The notes: generated from the sequence alone by a model not told the origin. Counted from the stretch's first letter, positions 39,696-53,743 are shown. The stretch: 64,000 nucleotides of DNA from Eledone cirrhosa (GCA_964016885.1 OZ024762.1:3782001-3846000); one strand, 5' to 3'. A program made the numbers and translations.

Positions 39696-39960
39696 TCACA
39701 AGGGGTATAGGAGTTTCCTTTTAATAATGATTGAGGGTTTCCTGGAGAGGCATCTCCGTAGGGAGGGGCCCGAGTGAGCTAGATGGATGTTGAGGCCCTC
39801 TCTCCGTATAGCCCTGCAGATAGCGTTGGTGGTTTTCTCGCCCAGGTGCGGGATTTTAAGGAAGCACTTGCCTTGGGTGTTTCTCTGCCTCTTGCGTCTG
39901 ATGTCTCTTACTCTGTTTGTAAGCGAGGCTGGGTATCGGTTCATCTCCAGCAAGGTGTCC
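39696..39960 (-). mobile_element. Penelope-like RT-to-endonuclease linker remnant
   Basis: LEMNRYPASL...FLKIPHLGEKTTNAICRAIRREGLNI matches the LxxNGYP...lPY linker pattern. Confidence 0.5.
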
Positions 39961-40015
39961 AGTATGGGTTTAATTATTTAATAAATTGATGAGAAATTTT
40001 ATTTCATTTCGACAG

Positions 40016-40179
40016 CTGGAATCTGAGACAAAAACAGTAATGAAATGGTTGAGTGCTTACCCCTTTGTTCTGTCTGCCAACCTCCATGGAGGGGATTTAG
40101 TGGCTAACTACCCTTATGATCTCACACGCAGTGGTAAACAACAGGAATACAGTATCAGTCCTGATGATGCTACATTTAG
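40016..40179 (+). CDS. CPE: CPE-like exon 4 (third zinc ligand)
   Basis: [32 protein letters not shown]...[10 protein letters not shown]. Confidence 0.92.
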
Positions 40180-40254
40180 GTGGGTGTATTTCTTTATTGC
40201 TTACACTTCTTCAGTAGTGCTCTATGTTGTATTTGGCTGTACTTATGGTGGTGT

Positions 40255-40590
40255 AGTATGGTCTGGTGTGGTGTGGTGTAGTGTAGTGTGGTATAGTGTG
40301 GTGTAGTGTGGTGTGGTGTGGTGTAGTGTGGTGTAGTGTGGTGTGGTGTGGTGTAGTGTGGTGTAGTGTGGTGTGATGTGGTATAGTGTGGTGTAGTGTA
40401 GTGTGGTGTGATATGGTGTAGTATGGTGTGGTGTGATGTGTAGTGTGGTGTAGTGTGGTGTGGTGTGGTGTGGTGTAGTGTAGTGTGGTGTGGTGTGGTG
40501 TGGTGTAGTGTAGTGTGGTGTGGTGTAGTGAAGTGTGGCGTAGTGTGGTGTAGCATGGTGTAGTGAAGTGTGGCGTAGTGTGGTGTAGCA
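40255..40590. repeat. (GTGTR)n pentanucleotide microsatellite, followed by (TCTA)n
   Basis: Direct reading of the sequence. Confidence 0.9.
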
Positions 40591-40631
40591 TGGTGCCTCC
40601 ACGACCACCACCTCCACTATCCCACCATTCA

Positions 40632-40673
<42 letters not shown>

Positions 40674-40716
40674 ATATCTATCTATCTATCTATCTATCTA
40701 TCTCTGTCTTTAAAAG

Positions 40717-40853
40717 GTACCTGGCTGAAAGTTATGCTAAGAACCACAAAATCATGAGTACCAACCACAGTACCTGTGGAATGGCAAATGACCAGAACTT
40801 TGGTATACAGGATGGTATTACAAATGGTGGAGATTGGTATTCTGTGTCGAGAG
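40717..40853 (+). CDS. CPE: CPE-like exon 5
   Basis: [10 protein letters not shown]...[14 protein letters not shown]; phases 2/1 consistent with neighbours. Confidence 0.9.
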
Positions 40854-40861
40854 GTATATAT

Positions 40862-41893
40862 TACCATCACCATCATCACCATCATCACCATCACCATCAC
40901 CATCATCACCATCATCACCATCACCATCACCATCATCACCATCATCATCACCACCATCACCATCATCATTATCACCACCATCACCATCATTATCACCATC
41001 ATCACCATCATCACCATCACCACCATCACCATCATCACCATCATCATCACCATCATCACCACCATCATCACCATCATCATCACCATCATCACCATCATCA
41101 CCACCATCATCACCATCATCACCATCACCACCATCATCATTATCACCATCACCACCACCATCATCATCATCACTATCATCGCCATCATCACCATCACCAC
41201 CATCACCATCACCACCACCATCATTATCACCATCACCACCATCACCATCACCACCACCATCATCATCATCACTATCATCGCCATCATCATCATGGTTGAT
41301 TTAATCAACTTTTCCCCTCCCCTTCAAATTGCTGTCCTTGTGCCTAAAGTAGTAACTATTATTATCATCATCATCATTATCAACTCCTCCTCTTCATTCT
41401 TCTACTTCTCCTCCTTCTCCCCCTCCTCCCCTCCTCCTCCTACTACTACTACTACTACTACACCATTCCTCTTCTTCATTCTTCTTCATTATTATCACCA
41501 CCACCACCACCACCACCACCACCACCGCCACAACCATCACCACCATCATCATTATCACCGCTACCACAACCATCACCACCACCATCACCACCATCACCAC
41601 CACCACCACCACCACCACCATCACCACACCACCACCACCACCACCATCACCACCATCACCAACACCACCACCATCACCACCACCATCACCAACACCACCA
41701 CCACCACCACCATCACCACCATCACCACCACCACCACCACCACCAACACCACCACCACCACCACCACCATCACCACACCACCACTACCACCACCACCATC
41801 ACCACCATCACCAACACCACCACCATCACCACCACCACCACCACCACCACCAGCACCACCACCACCACCATCACCACCATCACCAACACCACC

Positions 41894-41924
<31 letters not shown>

Positions 41925-42007
41925 CCACCACCACCACCATCACCAACACCACCACCAGCACCACCACCACCAGCACCACCACCACCACCACCATCATCAC
42001 CACCACC

Positions 42008-42038
<31 letters not shown>

Positions 42039-42067
42039 CCACCACCACCACCATCACCAACACCACC

Positions 42068-42098
<31 letters not shown>

Positions 42099-42284
42099 CC
42101 ACCACCACCATCACCACACCACCACTACCACCACCACCATCACCACCATCACCAACACCACCACCATCACCACCACCACCACCACCACCACCACCATCAC
42201 CACACCACCACTACCACCACCACCATCACCACCATCACCAACACCACCACCATCACCACCACCACCATCACCACCACCACCACC

Positions 42285-42317
<33 letters not shown>

Positions 42318-42595
42318 ACCACACCACCACTACCACCACCACCATCACCACCACCACCACCACCACCACCACCACCACCACCACCACCACCACCACCACC
42401 ATCACCACACCACCACTACCACCACCACCATCACCACCACCACCACCACCACCACCACCACCACCATCACCACACCACCACTACCACCACCAACACCACC
42501 ACCATCACCACCACCACCACCACCATCACCACCACCACCACCACCACCACCAACACCACCACCACCACCACCACCACCACTACCACCACCATCAC
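40862..42595. repeat. (CAY)n trinucleotide microsatellite field in CPE intron 5
   Basis: Long CAC/CAT runs; similar fields at 112-315, 3795-3905, 26178-26820 (GTA) and 50905-51125 (GAT). Confidence 0.95.
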
Positions 42596-42639
42596 CAGTT
42601 ACAGTAGTTGTTACAGTGATGTGGTTGTTTACTTTACAG

Positions 42640-42779
42640 GAATGCAGGACTACAATTATTTGGAGACAAACTGTTTTGAGATCACCTTGGAACTTGGTTG
42701 TGACAAGTTCCCACCACCTACAGAACTCAGGAAATATTGGAATGACAACAAGAATGCTTTAGTTGCATACATGATGCAG
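42640..42779 (+). CDS. CPE: CPE-like exon 6 (catalytic Glu)
   Basis: [26 protein letters not shown]...WNDNKNAL. Confidence 0.92.
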
Positions 42780-43911
42780 GTAAATCATCTTTCGGCACCC
42801 CCAATCCCACCCCATCCTACTCACATTTAAAAAAAAAAAAAAAACATTTTAATATGAAATTGACTGAGACTAAAATGTTCAGATTTGGTTTCAAGAGTCT
42901 AGAGCAATGTTTCACAACCTTTTTACCCTTGTGGGACCCTTGAAATAGTTTTCATGTCTCAGGGTTCCCCTGCATAAAAATTATTATAAACCACTAGCAG
43001 AAAAATTGCCCTCAAGGCAGTTTTCTGCTAGCATATGTAGTCTGCATATTGATATTATATGCAAATATATATGCATATAGATATGACACGTAAATTGAAA
43101 AGTAAATTGACAATATGCACATAAATTGACAAAAACTGTGTTACACATCCTTCTGTGATCATCATCATCATCATCATCATCAGCGTTTAACGTCCGTGTT
43201 CCACGCTTGCATGGGTTTGGACGGGGGTAGTCCCACTTGAGGCAAGAGTGATTGTCTTGCTCGCATAGGACTGTCTGGCAGGTTTTCTACAGTTGGATGC
43301 CCTTCCTAACACCAACCACATTTACAGTGTGGGTCTGGGAGGTTTTTACCGTGTTGCCTACACGGCCACATTACAGCGTGGACTGTGTGTTTTTTTGTCG
43401 TGACACCTACACGATCTCATTTGTTTCGGCCTGGATGGTGCGGCACCAACATAACTTTACATAGAACGGGGTGGTGTGGATCGGGTGGGGGTGGTGGGAC
43501 GGGGTGTATTTGTTAGAGATGCCTACTGGCTGGAGTAGGTTTTACTATATATTTAGGTAAGGCGGGTCTTCTCTGTTACTGAGTACCGCCAAAGGTCTCG
43601 GTCCAGTGACATTGTCTTGGAGAGGTGTAAGTGTGTGATGTCGGAGTTTATCAGCTCGTCCCAGGTTTTTCTAGGTCTGCCTATTCCGTGACTACCGTCT
43701 ATCTTTATTGCCCTGCACTTTGTTATACAGCTATCGACTTTCATGCGCATCACGTGTCCATACCAACGTAGCCTTCTCTCGAGTAAACAAAGTAAAGTAA
43801 TCCCTGATACATTTAAAGATGGTGATATGATTGCTAACGGAAGTTGACATTTGAAAGTCTTAACAGAAGGGAATCTTGAAATAAGCAATACATTATATAT
43901 AAGATTATTTA

Positions 43912-44100
43912 TGGTGGATTGGCAGTATCGGTAGAGGGTCGGACGCCATGCTTTGCAACATAGAGTTATGGCCCTTTATGATCTGAGTTCAAATCCCGCC
44001 GAGGTTAACTTTGCCTTTCATCCTTACGGGGTCGATAAAATAAAGTACCAGTAATGCACTGGGATAATTGCTGGCCTTGTGCCAAAAGTAGAAACAATTA
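43912..44100 (+). mobile_element. tRNA-derived SINE, representative of more than 12 copies (e.g. 8905-9110, 11285-11470, 16000-16180, 21535-21870, 29350-29780, 38733-39112, 51660-51870, 55045-55220)
   Basis: A-box-like TGGCAGTATCGG, B-box GAGTTCAAATCC, core GCCTTTCATCCTTACGGGGTCGATAAAATAAAGTACCAG (resembles the Deu/Nin domain), AT-rich tail. Confidence 0.85.
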
Positions 44101-45394
44101 TCATCTTCTGTCTGTTTTCCCTGCTAGCGAGGGTTGGATGGGTAGTCAGAGAGCAAGTCCAGTTCTAATTGGGGCATCATATGTTTCAGATAGGTTGGGG
44201 GCCTCCATGTCACTTAAAACCCTACCACCAAAACAATCCTAACTCCACCATCAAAACCATCCCACAGTCACCACCACCACCATCACCAACCCAACTCCAC
44301 CATTAAAACCATCCAACTACCACCATCACCAACCCAACTCTACCATTAAAACCATTCAACCACCACCACTACCACCAACCCAACTCTACCATTAAAACCA
44401 TCCAACCACCACCACCACCAACCCAACTCCACCATTAAAACCATCCCACAGCCACCACCACCACCACCACCAATCTAACCCCACCACCACCACCACCACC
44501 AACCCAACTCCACCATTAAAACCATCCCACAGCCACCACCACCAACCTAACCCCACCACCAACCCAACTCCACTATTAAAACCATCCCACAGTCCACCCC
44601 CACCCCCCACCAACCTAACCCCCACCACCACCACCAACCCAACTCCACCATTAACCCCCCCTCCAACCCCACCACCACCATTAAAACCATCCTACTGCTC
44701 AAAGTCAATTCATCACATAACCCCTTACCATTTATAATATTCTATTTTCACGGTAAACACTTTACCTCACATAATATCTCACACAATATTGAATCTATGA
44801 GATTTTGATATTATCTATTTTGAGAACAATACCTTAACATCAGTATGAGTGGCCAGTTATAGCCAGTTTGAACAGAAAGAGGTGAGAGTGTTCTGGCCAA
44901 AAATGGCTGGTTTAAATGCTGAAGGCTTAAGCTGTTGTCTTTTTGTTACAATCACAACCATATTTTTTCTGTATGAATATCTCCAAAGTTGAGCCCAGCA
45001 TTCTCTTCTTGTCTTGATTATATCTTGTGGTTGCCATTGGTTACTTTTAGAAGAGGTGAGAGATTTGTGGCTGGATACGGCCGGTTTGAACAGGAAGAGG
45101 TGAGAGATTTGTGGCTGGATACGGCCGGTTTGAACAGGAAGAGGTGAGAGATTTGTGGCTGGATACGGCCGGTTTGAACAGGAAGAGGTGAGAGATTTGT
45201 GGCTGGATACGGCCGGTTTGAACAGGAAGAGGTGACAGATTTGTGGCTGGATACGGCCGGTTTGAACAGGAAGAGGTGAGAGATTTGTGACTGGATACGG
45301 CCGGTTTGAACAGGAAGAGGTGAGAGATTTGTGACTGGATACGGCCGCTTTAGTTGCTAAAGGGTTAAATAATTCTTACATTTTCTTGTTTCAG

Positions 45395-45515
45395 AGTCAT
45401 ATTGGTTTGAAGGGTTTTGTCTTAAACAGTTTGATGAAGGAACCAATCAACGATGCCACAGTGAAAGTTCTGAATATGACAGATGGACAATATATCAACC
45501 ATGACATTACCTCAG
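45395..45515 (+). CDS. CPE: CPE-like exon 7 (start of transthyretin-like domain)
   Basis: SHIGLKGFVLNSLMKEPINDATVKVLNMTDGQYINHDITS; tttcag| acceptor and |gtaaat donor. Confidence 0.88.
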
Positions 45516-46320
45516 GTAAATATGTATTGTCTAATTATGACAGGTAGACAATGAATTAACTACAATATTACCTCAGGTAAACATATGTTGTCCAATTATG
45601 ACAGGTATATAATCTATCAACCATGATAAAACCTCAGATAAATATATATGACAGGTATGTATCTAATATCATATTACCGCAGGTAAATGTCAAATATGGT
45701 ATAACCTCAGGTAAATATATATGGCAGGTATATATCAAATATATTACCTCAGGTATATATATATGGCAGGTGTATATCAAATATCATATTACCTCAGGTA
45801 TATATCAAATATCATATTACCTCTGGTAAATATATATGGCAGGTAAATATCAAATATATTAGCTCAGGTAAATATATATGATAGATATATATCATATATA
45901 TTACCTCAAGTAAATATATATGATAGGTAAATATCAAATATATTAGCTCAGGTAAATATATATGATAGATATATATCATATATATTACCTCAAGTAAATA
46001 TATATGATAGGTAAATATCAAATATATTAGCTCAGGTAAATATATGTGATAGGTATATATCATATATATTACCTCAGGTAAATATATATGATAGGTATAT
46101 ATCATATATATTACCTCAGGTAAATATATATGATAGGTATATATCATATATATTACCTCAGGTAAATATATATGATAGGTATATATCATATATATTACCT
46201 CAGGTAAATATATATGATAGGTATATATCATATATATTACCTCAGGTAAATATATAATATCTTAATATGACAAATGAACAATATATTAAACATATTTACC
46301 TCAGGTAAATATGTTTTCTA
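45480..46320 (+). repeat. Tandem array (42-bp core unit) derived from the CPE exon 7/intron 7 junction
   Basis: Repeated attacctcaggtaaatatatatg; the first copy is the real splice donor. Confidence 0.85.
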
Positions 46321-46740
46321 ATAATTGTTTCTATATTTGGCACAAGGCAAGCAATTACCCAGTGTATTACTGGTACTTTATTTTATCGACCCCGTAAGGA
46401 TGAAAGGCAAAGTTAACCTTGGCGGGATTTTCTAATAATGACAGGTAGACAATAAATTTGTTTCTACTTTTTGGCACAAGGCCAGCAATTTAAAGGGAAA
46501 GGGGAAAGTCAGCTAAATCAACCCCAGTACATTACTGGTACTTTATTTTATAGACCCAGTGCATTACTGGTATTTTATTTTATAGACCCCCTGTGCATTA
46601 CTGGTACTTTATTTTAAATACCCCATTACATTACTGGTACTTTATTTTACAGACCCCAGTGCATTGCTGGTACTTTATTTTATCAACGCCATGAGGTTGG
46701 AAGGCAAAGCAGGATTTAAACTCTTGCTCTTCTGTTTCAG

Positions 46741-46973
46741 GTCATTATGGAGATTACTACCGACTCTTGATTGACGGCTTTTACAAAGTTGAGGTGACAG
46801 CTAAGGGCTACCACCCTCATACCCGCTGCCAAAGGGTTCACAACAAACCCATGCATGAAGCTGTAGAGCTCAACTTTGAGCTTGTCTCACTGCATCACCC
46901 AAGCCAAAGAAATGTACAGGATATTCTTCACTGTGAACAGCTCCGAGCCCTTGCCAAGAACCAGAGCAACAAG
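46741..46973 (+). CDS. CPE: CPE-like exon 8
   Basis: GHYGDYYRLLIDGFYKVEVTAKGY...EAVELNFEL...; AAG|gtcagg donor (3' border less certain). Confidence 0.82.
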
Positions 46974-47848
46974 GTCAGGCACAGTTCTCTTATACAGCTT
47001 CCTCTATATCTTTCCAGCTTTCATTTTAAATCTCTTTTACTTTTATTATACTAGGATTTTTCTCAACACGCTGACGTGTAAGTGTATAGTGTGTGTCTGT
47101 GTATGTATGTGCACATGCATACATTTATATGTATAAGTATCATCATCATTTTATGTCCGCTTTTCCTTGCTTACAAGGGTTAAACTTACAAAAATATGCA
47201 CTACAGACATACATTCACATAAATACACATACATTCACACAAATACAAACACACACACATACACTCATACAGCGTAGCAAATGGAGCACCAACCCTTGTT
47301 TTGCTATAGTTTTTTCACCACCCCTTCCTTCCTTTTACACACACATACCTTCACACAAAACACAACAAACACACACATTGTGTGAGAGACGGATGCATGA
47401 TGTTTGTGTGAGAAACGAACAGATTAGGTAGACTGACAGGCAAGTCAGAGACAGAGAGAAGTCCACTCAGCACCAGGTCACTGTTAGTAAAGAGAACAAC
47501 AAAGGCACTGGCTGCAGAGGTGGTATCAAGTGGAAGTGACGAGCAAGAGCGGATGGTGGTGGTGGTGGTGATGATGATGATGATGATGGTGATAGGAGAA
47601 GGGAGAAGGAAAGAAAAGAAGCAGTAATAGGAAGGGAAGAGTGGGGAAGAGAGAGAGAAAGAATGAAAGAAGGTAAAAAAAGAAGAGGGGAAAGAAATAG
47701 CCAACAAACCTCAGGCATTGGTATCTGTCTGAAATAGAAAGCTACTCTAGCTGTGATAAAACATAAACAAAGTTATCTTGAATATCATACCAGCAAAAAC
47801 TGGGGTCTTTTCAGATGGTTTGCTATGAAAATATTTATCTAGGCTTGT

Positions 47849-50770
47849 GTGTGTAAAAGACATGACAACCTCCCTAGTGTTGGTAATCTACAGGATAAAC
47901 ACATCCAGCTATAGAAGGCTTGCTAAAGAGTTGGGAGAACTCTTCAGGTGTGTAAAAGACATGACAACCTCCCTAGTGTTGGTAATCTACAGGATAAACA
48001 CATCCAGCTATAGAAGGCTTGCTAAAGAGTTGGGAGAACTCTTCAGGTGTGTAAAAGACATGACAACCTCCCTAGTGTTGGTAATCTACAGGATAAACAC
48101 ATCCAGCTATAGAAGGCTTGCTAAAGAGTTGGGAGAACTCTTCAGGTGTGTAAAAGACATGACAACCTCCCTAGTGTTGGTAATCTACAGGATAAACACA
48201 TCCAGCTATAGAAGGCTTGCTAAAGAGTTGGGAGAACTCTTCAGGTGTGTAAAAGACATGACAACCTCCCTAGTGTTGGTAATCTACAGAATAAACACAT
48301 CCAGCTATAGAAGGCTTGCTAAAGAGTTGGGAGAACTCTTCAGGTGTGTAAAAGACATGACAACCTCCCTAGTGTTGGTAATCTACAGGATAAACACATC
48401 CAGCTATAGAAGGCTTGCTAAAGGGTTGGGAGAACTCTTCAGGTGTGTAAAAGACATGACAACCTCCCTAGTGTTGGTAATCTACAGGATAAACACATCC
48501 AGCTATAGAAGGCTTGCTAAAGGGTTGGGAGAACTCTTCAGGTGTGTAAAAGACATGACAACCTCCCTAGTGTTGGTAATCTACAGGATAAACACATCCA
48601 GCTATAGAAGGCTTGCTAAAGGGTTGGGAGAACTCTTCAGGTGTGTAAAAGACATGACAACCTCCCTAGTGTTGGTAATCTACAGGATAAACACATCCAG
48701 CTATAGAAGGCTTGCTAAAGGGTTGGGAGAACTCTTCAGGTGTGTAAAAGACATGACAACCTCCCTAGTGTTGGTAATCTACAGGATAAACACATCCAGC
48801 TATAGAAGGCTTGCTAAAGGGTTGGGAGAACTCTTCAGGTGTGTAAAAGACATGACAACCTCCCTAGTGTTGGTAATCTACAGGATAAACACATCCAGCT
48901 ATAGAAGGCTTGCTAAAGGGTTGGGAGAACTCTTCAGGTGTGTAAAAGACATGACAACCTCCCTAGTGTTGGTAATCTACAGGATAAACACATCCAGCTA
49001 TAGAAGGCTTGCTAAAGGGTTGGGAGAACTCTTCAGGTGTGTAAAAGACATGACAACCTCCCTAGTGTTGGTAATCTACAGGATAAACACATCCAGCTAT
49101 AGAAGGCTTGCTAAAGGGTTGGGAGAACTCTTCAGGTGTGTAAAAGACATGACAACCTCCCTAGTGTTGGTAATCTACAGGATAAACACATCCAGCTATA
49201 GAAGGCTTGCTAAAGGGTTGGGAGAACTCTTCAGGTGTGTAAAAGACATGACAACCTCCCTAGTGTTGGTAATCTACAGGATAAACACATCCAGCTATAG
49301 AAGGCTTGCTAAAGGGTTGGGAGAACTCTTCAGGTGTGTAAAAGACATGACAACCTCCCTAGTGTTGGTAATCTACAGGATAAACACATCCAGCTATAGA
49401 AGGCTTGCTAAAGGGTTGGGAGAACTCTTCAGGTGTGTAAAAGACATGACAACCTCCCTAGTGTTGGTAATCTACAGGATAAACACATCCAGCTATAGAA
49501 GGCTTGCTAAAGGGTTGGGAGAACTCTTCAGGTGTGTAAAAGACATGACAACCTCCCTAGTGTTGGTAATCTACAGGATAAACACATCCAGCTATAGAAG
49601 GCTTGCTAAAGGGTTGGGAGAACTCTTCAGGTGTGTAAAAGACATGACAACCTCCCTAGTGTTGGTAATCTACAGGATAAACACATCCAGCTATAGAAGG
49701 CTTGCTAAAGGGTTGGGAGAACTCTTCAGGTGTGTAAAAGACATGACAACCTCCCTAGTGTTGGTAATCTACAGGATAAACACATCCAGCTATAGAAGGC
49801 TTGCTAAAGGGTTGGGAGAACTCTTCAGGTGTGTAAAAGACATGACAACCTCCCTAGTGTTGGTAATCTACAGGATAAACACATCCAGCTATAGAAGGCT
49901 TGCTAAAGGGTTGGGAGAACTCTTCAGGTGTGTAAAAGACATGACAACCTCCCTAGTGTTGGTAATCTACAGGATAAACACATCCAGCTATAGAAGGCTT
50001 GCTAAAGGGTTGGGAGAACTCTTCAGGTGTGTAAAAGACATGACAACCTCCCTAGTGTTGGTAATCTACAGGATAAACACATCCAGCTATAGAAGGCTTG
50101 CTAAAGGGTTGGGAGAACTCTTCAGGTGTGTAAAAGACATGACAACCTCCCTAGTGTTGGTAATCTACAGGATAAACACATCCAGCTATAGAAGGCTTGC
50201 TAAAGGGTTGGGAGAACTCTTCAGGTGTGTAAAAGACATGACAACACCCCTAGTGTTGGTAATCTACAGGATAAACACATCCAGCTATAGAAGGCTTGCT
50301 AAAGGGTTGGGAGAACTCTTCAGGTGTGTAAAAGACATGACAACACCCCTAGTGTTGGTAATCTACAGGATAAACACATCCAGCTATAGAAGGCTTGCTA
50401 AAGGGTTGGGAGAACTCTTCAGGTGTGTAAAAGACATGACAACACCCCTAGTGTTGGTAATCTACAGGATAAACACATCCAGCTATAGAAGGCTTGCTAA
50501 AGGGTTGGGAGAACTCTTCAGGTGTGTAAAAGACATGACAACCTCCCTAGTGTTGGTAATCTACAGGATAAACACATCCAGCTATAGAAGGCTTGCTAAA
50601 GGGTTGGGAGAACTCTTCAGGTGTGTAAAAGACATGACAACACCCCTAGTGTTGGTAATCTACAGGATAAACACATCCAGCTATAGAAGGCTTGCTAAAG
50701 GGTTGGGAGAACTCTTCAGGTGTGTAAAAGACATGACAACACCCCTAGTGTTGGTGATTTACAGGATAAA
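47849..50770. repeat. 99-bp satellite, about 29.5 copies, in the last CPE intron
   Basis: Unit starts at 47851, 47950...; only two segregating substitutions plus one singleton seen. Confidence 0.95.
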
Positions 50771-51167
50771 TGCACCCGCTGGAGCACAGGATCATATGTA
50801 AGTGAAAGACAGGCTCCTGGCCCATTTGAGGGGTCAGTAACTTGAGTACTGAAATGATCTTTGATGACCTGTTCAAGCCCTTGCTAGCAGGGAGAACAGA
50901 TGTTTGATGATGATGATGATAATGGTGATGATGTTGATGTTGATAATGATAAGGATAATGATGATGGTAGTGGTGATGATGATGATGATGATAATGAGGA
51001 TAATGATGAGAATGATGATGATAATGATGGTGATGATGGTGATGATGACGATGATAATGGTGATGATGGTGATGGTGATGATGATGATGGTGATGGTGAT
51101 GATGGTGATGGTGATGATGATGATGATTGAAATATGTGACAGTCTTCTTTTCTCTCTTCCTTCCCAG

Positions 51168-51248
51168 GTTGAAAGTGAACAGGAAGTTTATGACCAACTG
51201 TTAAACGACATCGCAAAGTACTTCAATAGGAGAAGACGAGTTGCCTAG
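51168..51248 (+). CDS. CPE: CPE-like last coding exon (putative amphipathic C-terminal helix)
   Basis: Strong polypyrimidine tract then cccag|. Encodes VESEQEVYDQLLNDIAKYFNRRRRVA*; phase 0 matches exon 8. Confidence 0.7.
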   Translation, partial: VESEQEVYDQLLNDIAKYFNRRRRVA

Positions 51249-52455
51249 GTTACACGGATGGAAAACAAAGAAGAAGAAGAAGATAAAAAGAAAGAAAAGT
51301 ATTCCGTTTACTTAAAAAAAGAACACAAACAAAATAAAAGGAAAAAAAAACAAAACATGTAGAACCTCCACCTCCACCACCCCACCCAACCTCCACCACC
51401 TCCTCCACCCCTCCCTCACCACCACCACCACCACGTCCTCCGACCCCTCCTTCACCCTCTTCACCCCTCCTCCACCCCACCGCACCACCCCTCCCCCAAA
51501 CTAACAACATTATATAATATAAAGAAATAATGTAGGGTGGAGTGGGGGGCGTCTCCTTTAATCTGTATATTTTTTTATTGTTGTTGTTATTATTATTGTT
51601 TTATTATTATTATTATTATTACTATTATTGTTATTATTATTATTACTACTATAGTTGTGGTTTAATAGAATCAGTAGAGCATTGGACAACATGCTTGGCA
51701 GCATTGAGTTACGGCCCTTTACGTTCTGAGTTCAAATCCCGCCGAGGTTAGCTTTGCCTTTCATCCTTACAGGGTCGATGAAATAAAGTACCAGTAATAC
51801 ACTTTGGTCAATTTAATCGACCCCCCCCCCCTTCAAATTACTGGCCTTGTGCCTAAAGTAGAAACAGTTATTATTATTAAAGTAGTGGGTTAGCAGAATA
51901 GGTAGAACATTGGACATACCTCACGGCATTAGTTCTGGTTTTTTATGTTTTGAGTTCAAATCCCACCGGGGTCAGTTTAGGCTTTCAACCTTGTGAGCTT
52001 GATAAAATAAAGTACCAATCAAGTACGAGGTGGGTGGGGTGGTTGGTTTAATTGACTTTGCCCTTCTTTGAAATTGTTGGTCTTTTTTTTTCACTAGTCT
52101 CAAAGACCATTCAATCCAATATATTTCAATTAGAGTGAGGTGGTGGTGGGGAGACAGACAGACAGACAGTGTGATAGAGAAAGGAATGTATATATGAGGG
52201 GTGGTGGAAGCATTTCTGAATTGGGGTCAGTGCCAAATTTGGACAATTTAGTTGTAGTGATTAGTTTAGCTGTTATTATCAAATATCAATCAAGATGTTA
52301 AAAAAAAACCTTCGGTGTGTGATAAACATAACATGTACATAAATTGTACAAATAGATGTGTGTTTTGGTAGTTTGGGGAGGAAAATATAATTATTGGCGG
52401 GGAAGCCATGTCCTCATCTTCTCCCCCCTTGCACCCCCCAGTTCTACCACCCCTG

Positions 52456-52534
<79 letters not shown>

Positions 52535-52739
52535 AAGTCAATTGTGGTGTTTATGTTATTTATTTTTCCCCTTCCCCCGACCCAACTCCCAACCCCACGT
52601 TCTGCAAACAGGCATTACTGGTAGAGAATTACTAAAACTGCCATCATTTTTTATGACACGGGTACACTAGTATGACGCCATAGATCCACAAGTTGTGATT
52701 ACAATAGCCAAGGATGAGGAGACAAATCTATACAAATTG

Positions 52740-53700
52740 GTGTATAATAATAATACTTCTAATAGATGTATCAATCCCCACAGAGGACAATATATCTTCC
52801 AAGGAAATAGAGAAACTCTCCAAATATAAAGATCTAGAGATAGAAATAACTCAAACAGAAACAATACCTATAATAATAGGTGCTCTAGGGGTGATAAAAA
52901 AAACACACACACACACAAATAGATAGCTAAAACCCCAGGACTTACAAATATATACAGCATACAGAAGATAGCACTACTAGGCACCGTATATATATTATAT
53001 AGCGTACCACAAGACTTACAAATATATACAGCATACAAAAGATAGCACTACTAGGTACTGTATATATATTATATAGAATACCACAAGACTTACAAATATA
53101 TACAGCATACAGAAGATAGCACTACTAGGTACTGTATATATATTATATAGGGCACCACAGGACTTACAAATATATACAGCATACAAAAGATAGCACTACT
53201 AGGTACTGTATATATATTATATAGAGTACCACAGGACTTACAAATATATACAGCATACAAAAGATAGCACTACTAGGTACTGTATATATATTATATAGAG
53301 TACCACAGGACTTACAAATATATACAGCATACAAAAGATAGCACTACTAGGTACTGTATATATATTATATAGAGTACCACAGGACTTACAAATATATACA
53401 GCATACAAAAGATAGCATAACTAGGTACTGTATATATATTATATAGAGTACCACAGGACTTACAAATATATACAGCATACAAAAGATAGCACTACTAGGT
53501 ACTGTATATATATTATATAGAGTACCACAGGACTTACAAATATATACAGCATACAAAAGATAGCACTACTAGGTACTGCACACATATTAAGTAAAGTACT
53601 ATCAATACAATAGAAACAACATCACCAAAAACTACACTGCACATACCCAAGGTACACAGAGCTGTGCTCGGTAAAGCAGTAATGATGTGCAATAAAAATA
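52740..53700 (+). mobile_element. Restriction-like-endonuclease LINE 3' end containing a 74-bp tandem array
   Basis: LLIDVSIPTEDNISSKEIEKLSKYKDLEIEI...IPIIIGALG and terminal IQKIALLGTAHIL; ends in (AAT)n. Confidence 0.7.
52938..53590. repeat. 74-bp tandem array, about 9 copies
   Basis: ggacttacaaatatatacagcatacaaaagatagcactactaggtactgtatatatattatatagagtaccaca. Confidence 0.9.
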
Positions 53701-53712
53701 ATAATGGAAATG

Positions 53713-53743
<31 letters not shown>

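Noticed and set aside
40776-42830. 684-aa His/Thr/Pro-rich ORF
   Set aside because: (CAY)n microsatellite within CPE intron 5; only 42640-42779 is a real exon.
43912-44000. tRNA-like A and B boxes
   Set aside because: SINE heads: no cloverleaf, and always followed by the same SINE body.
47847-50801. 984-aa ORF
   Set aside because: Translation of a 99-bp intronic satellite. It starts at GTG and has almost no synonymous variation; an open frame follows automatically from one stop-free unit.
50900-51130. Asp-rich ORF
   Set aside because: (GAT)n microsatellite just upstream of the last CPE acceptor.
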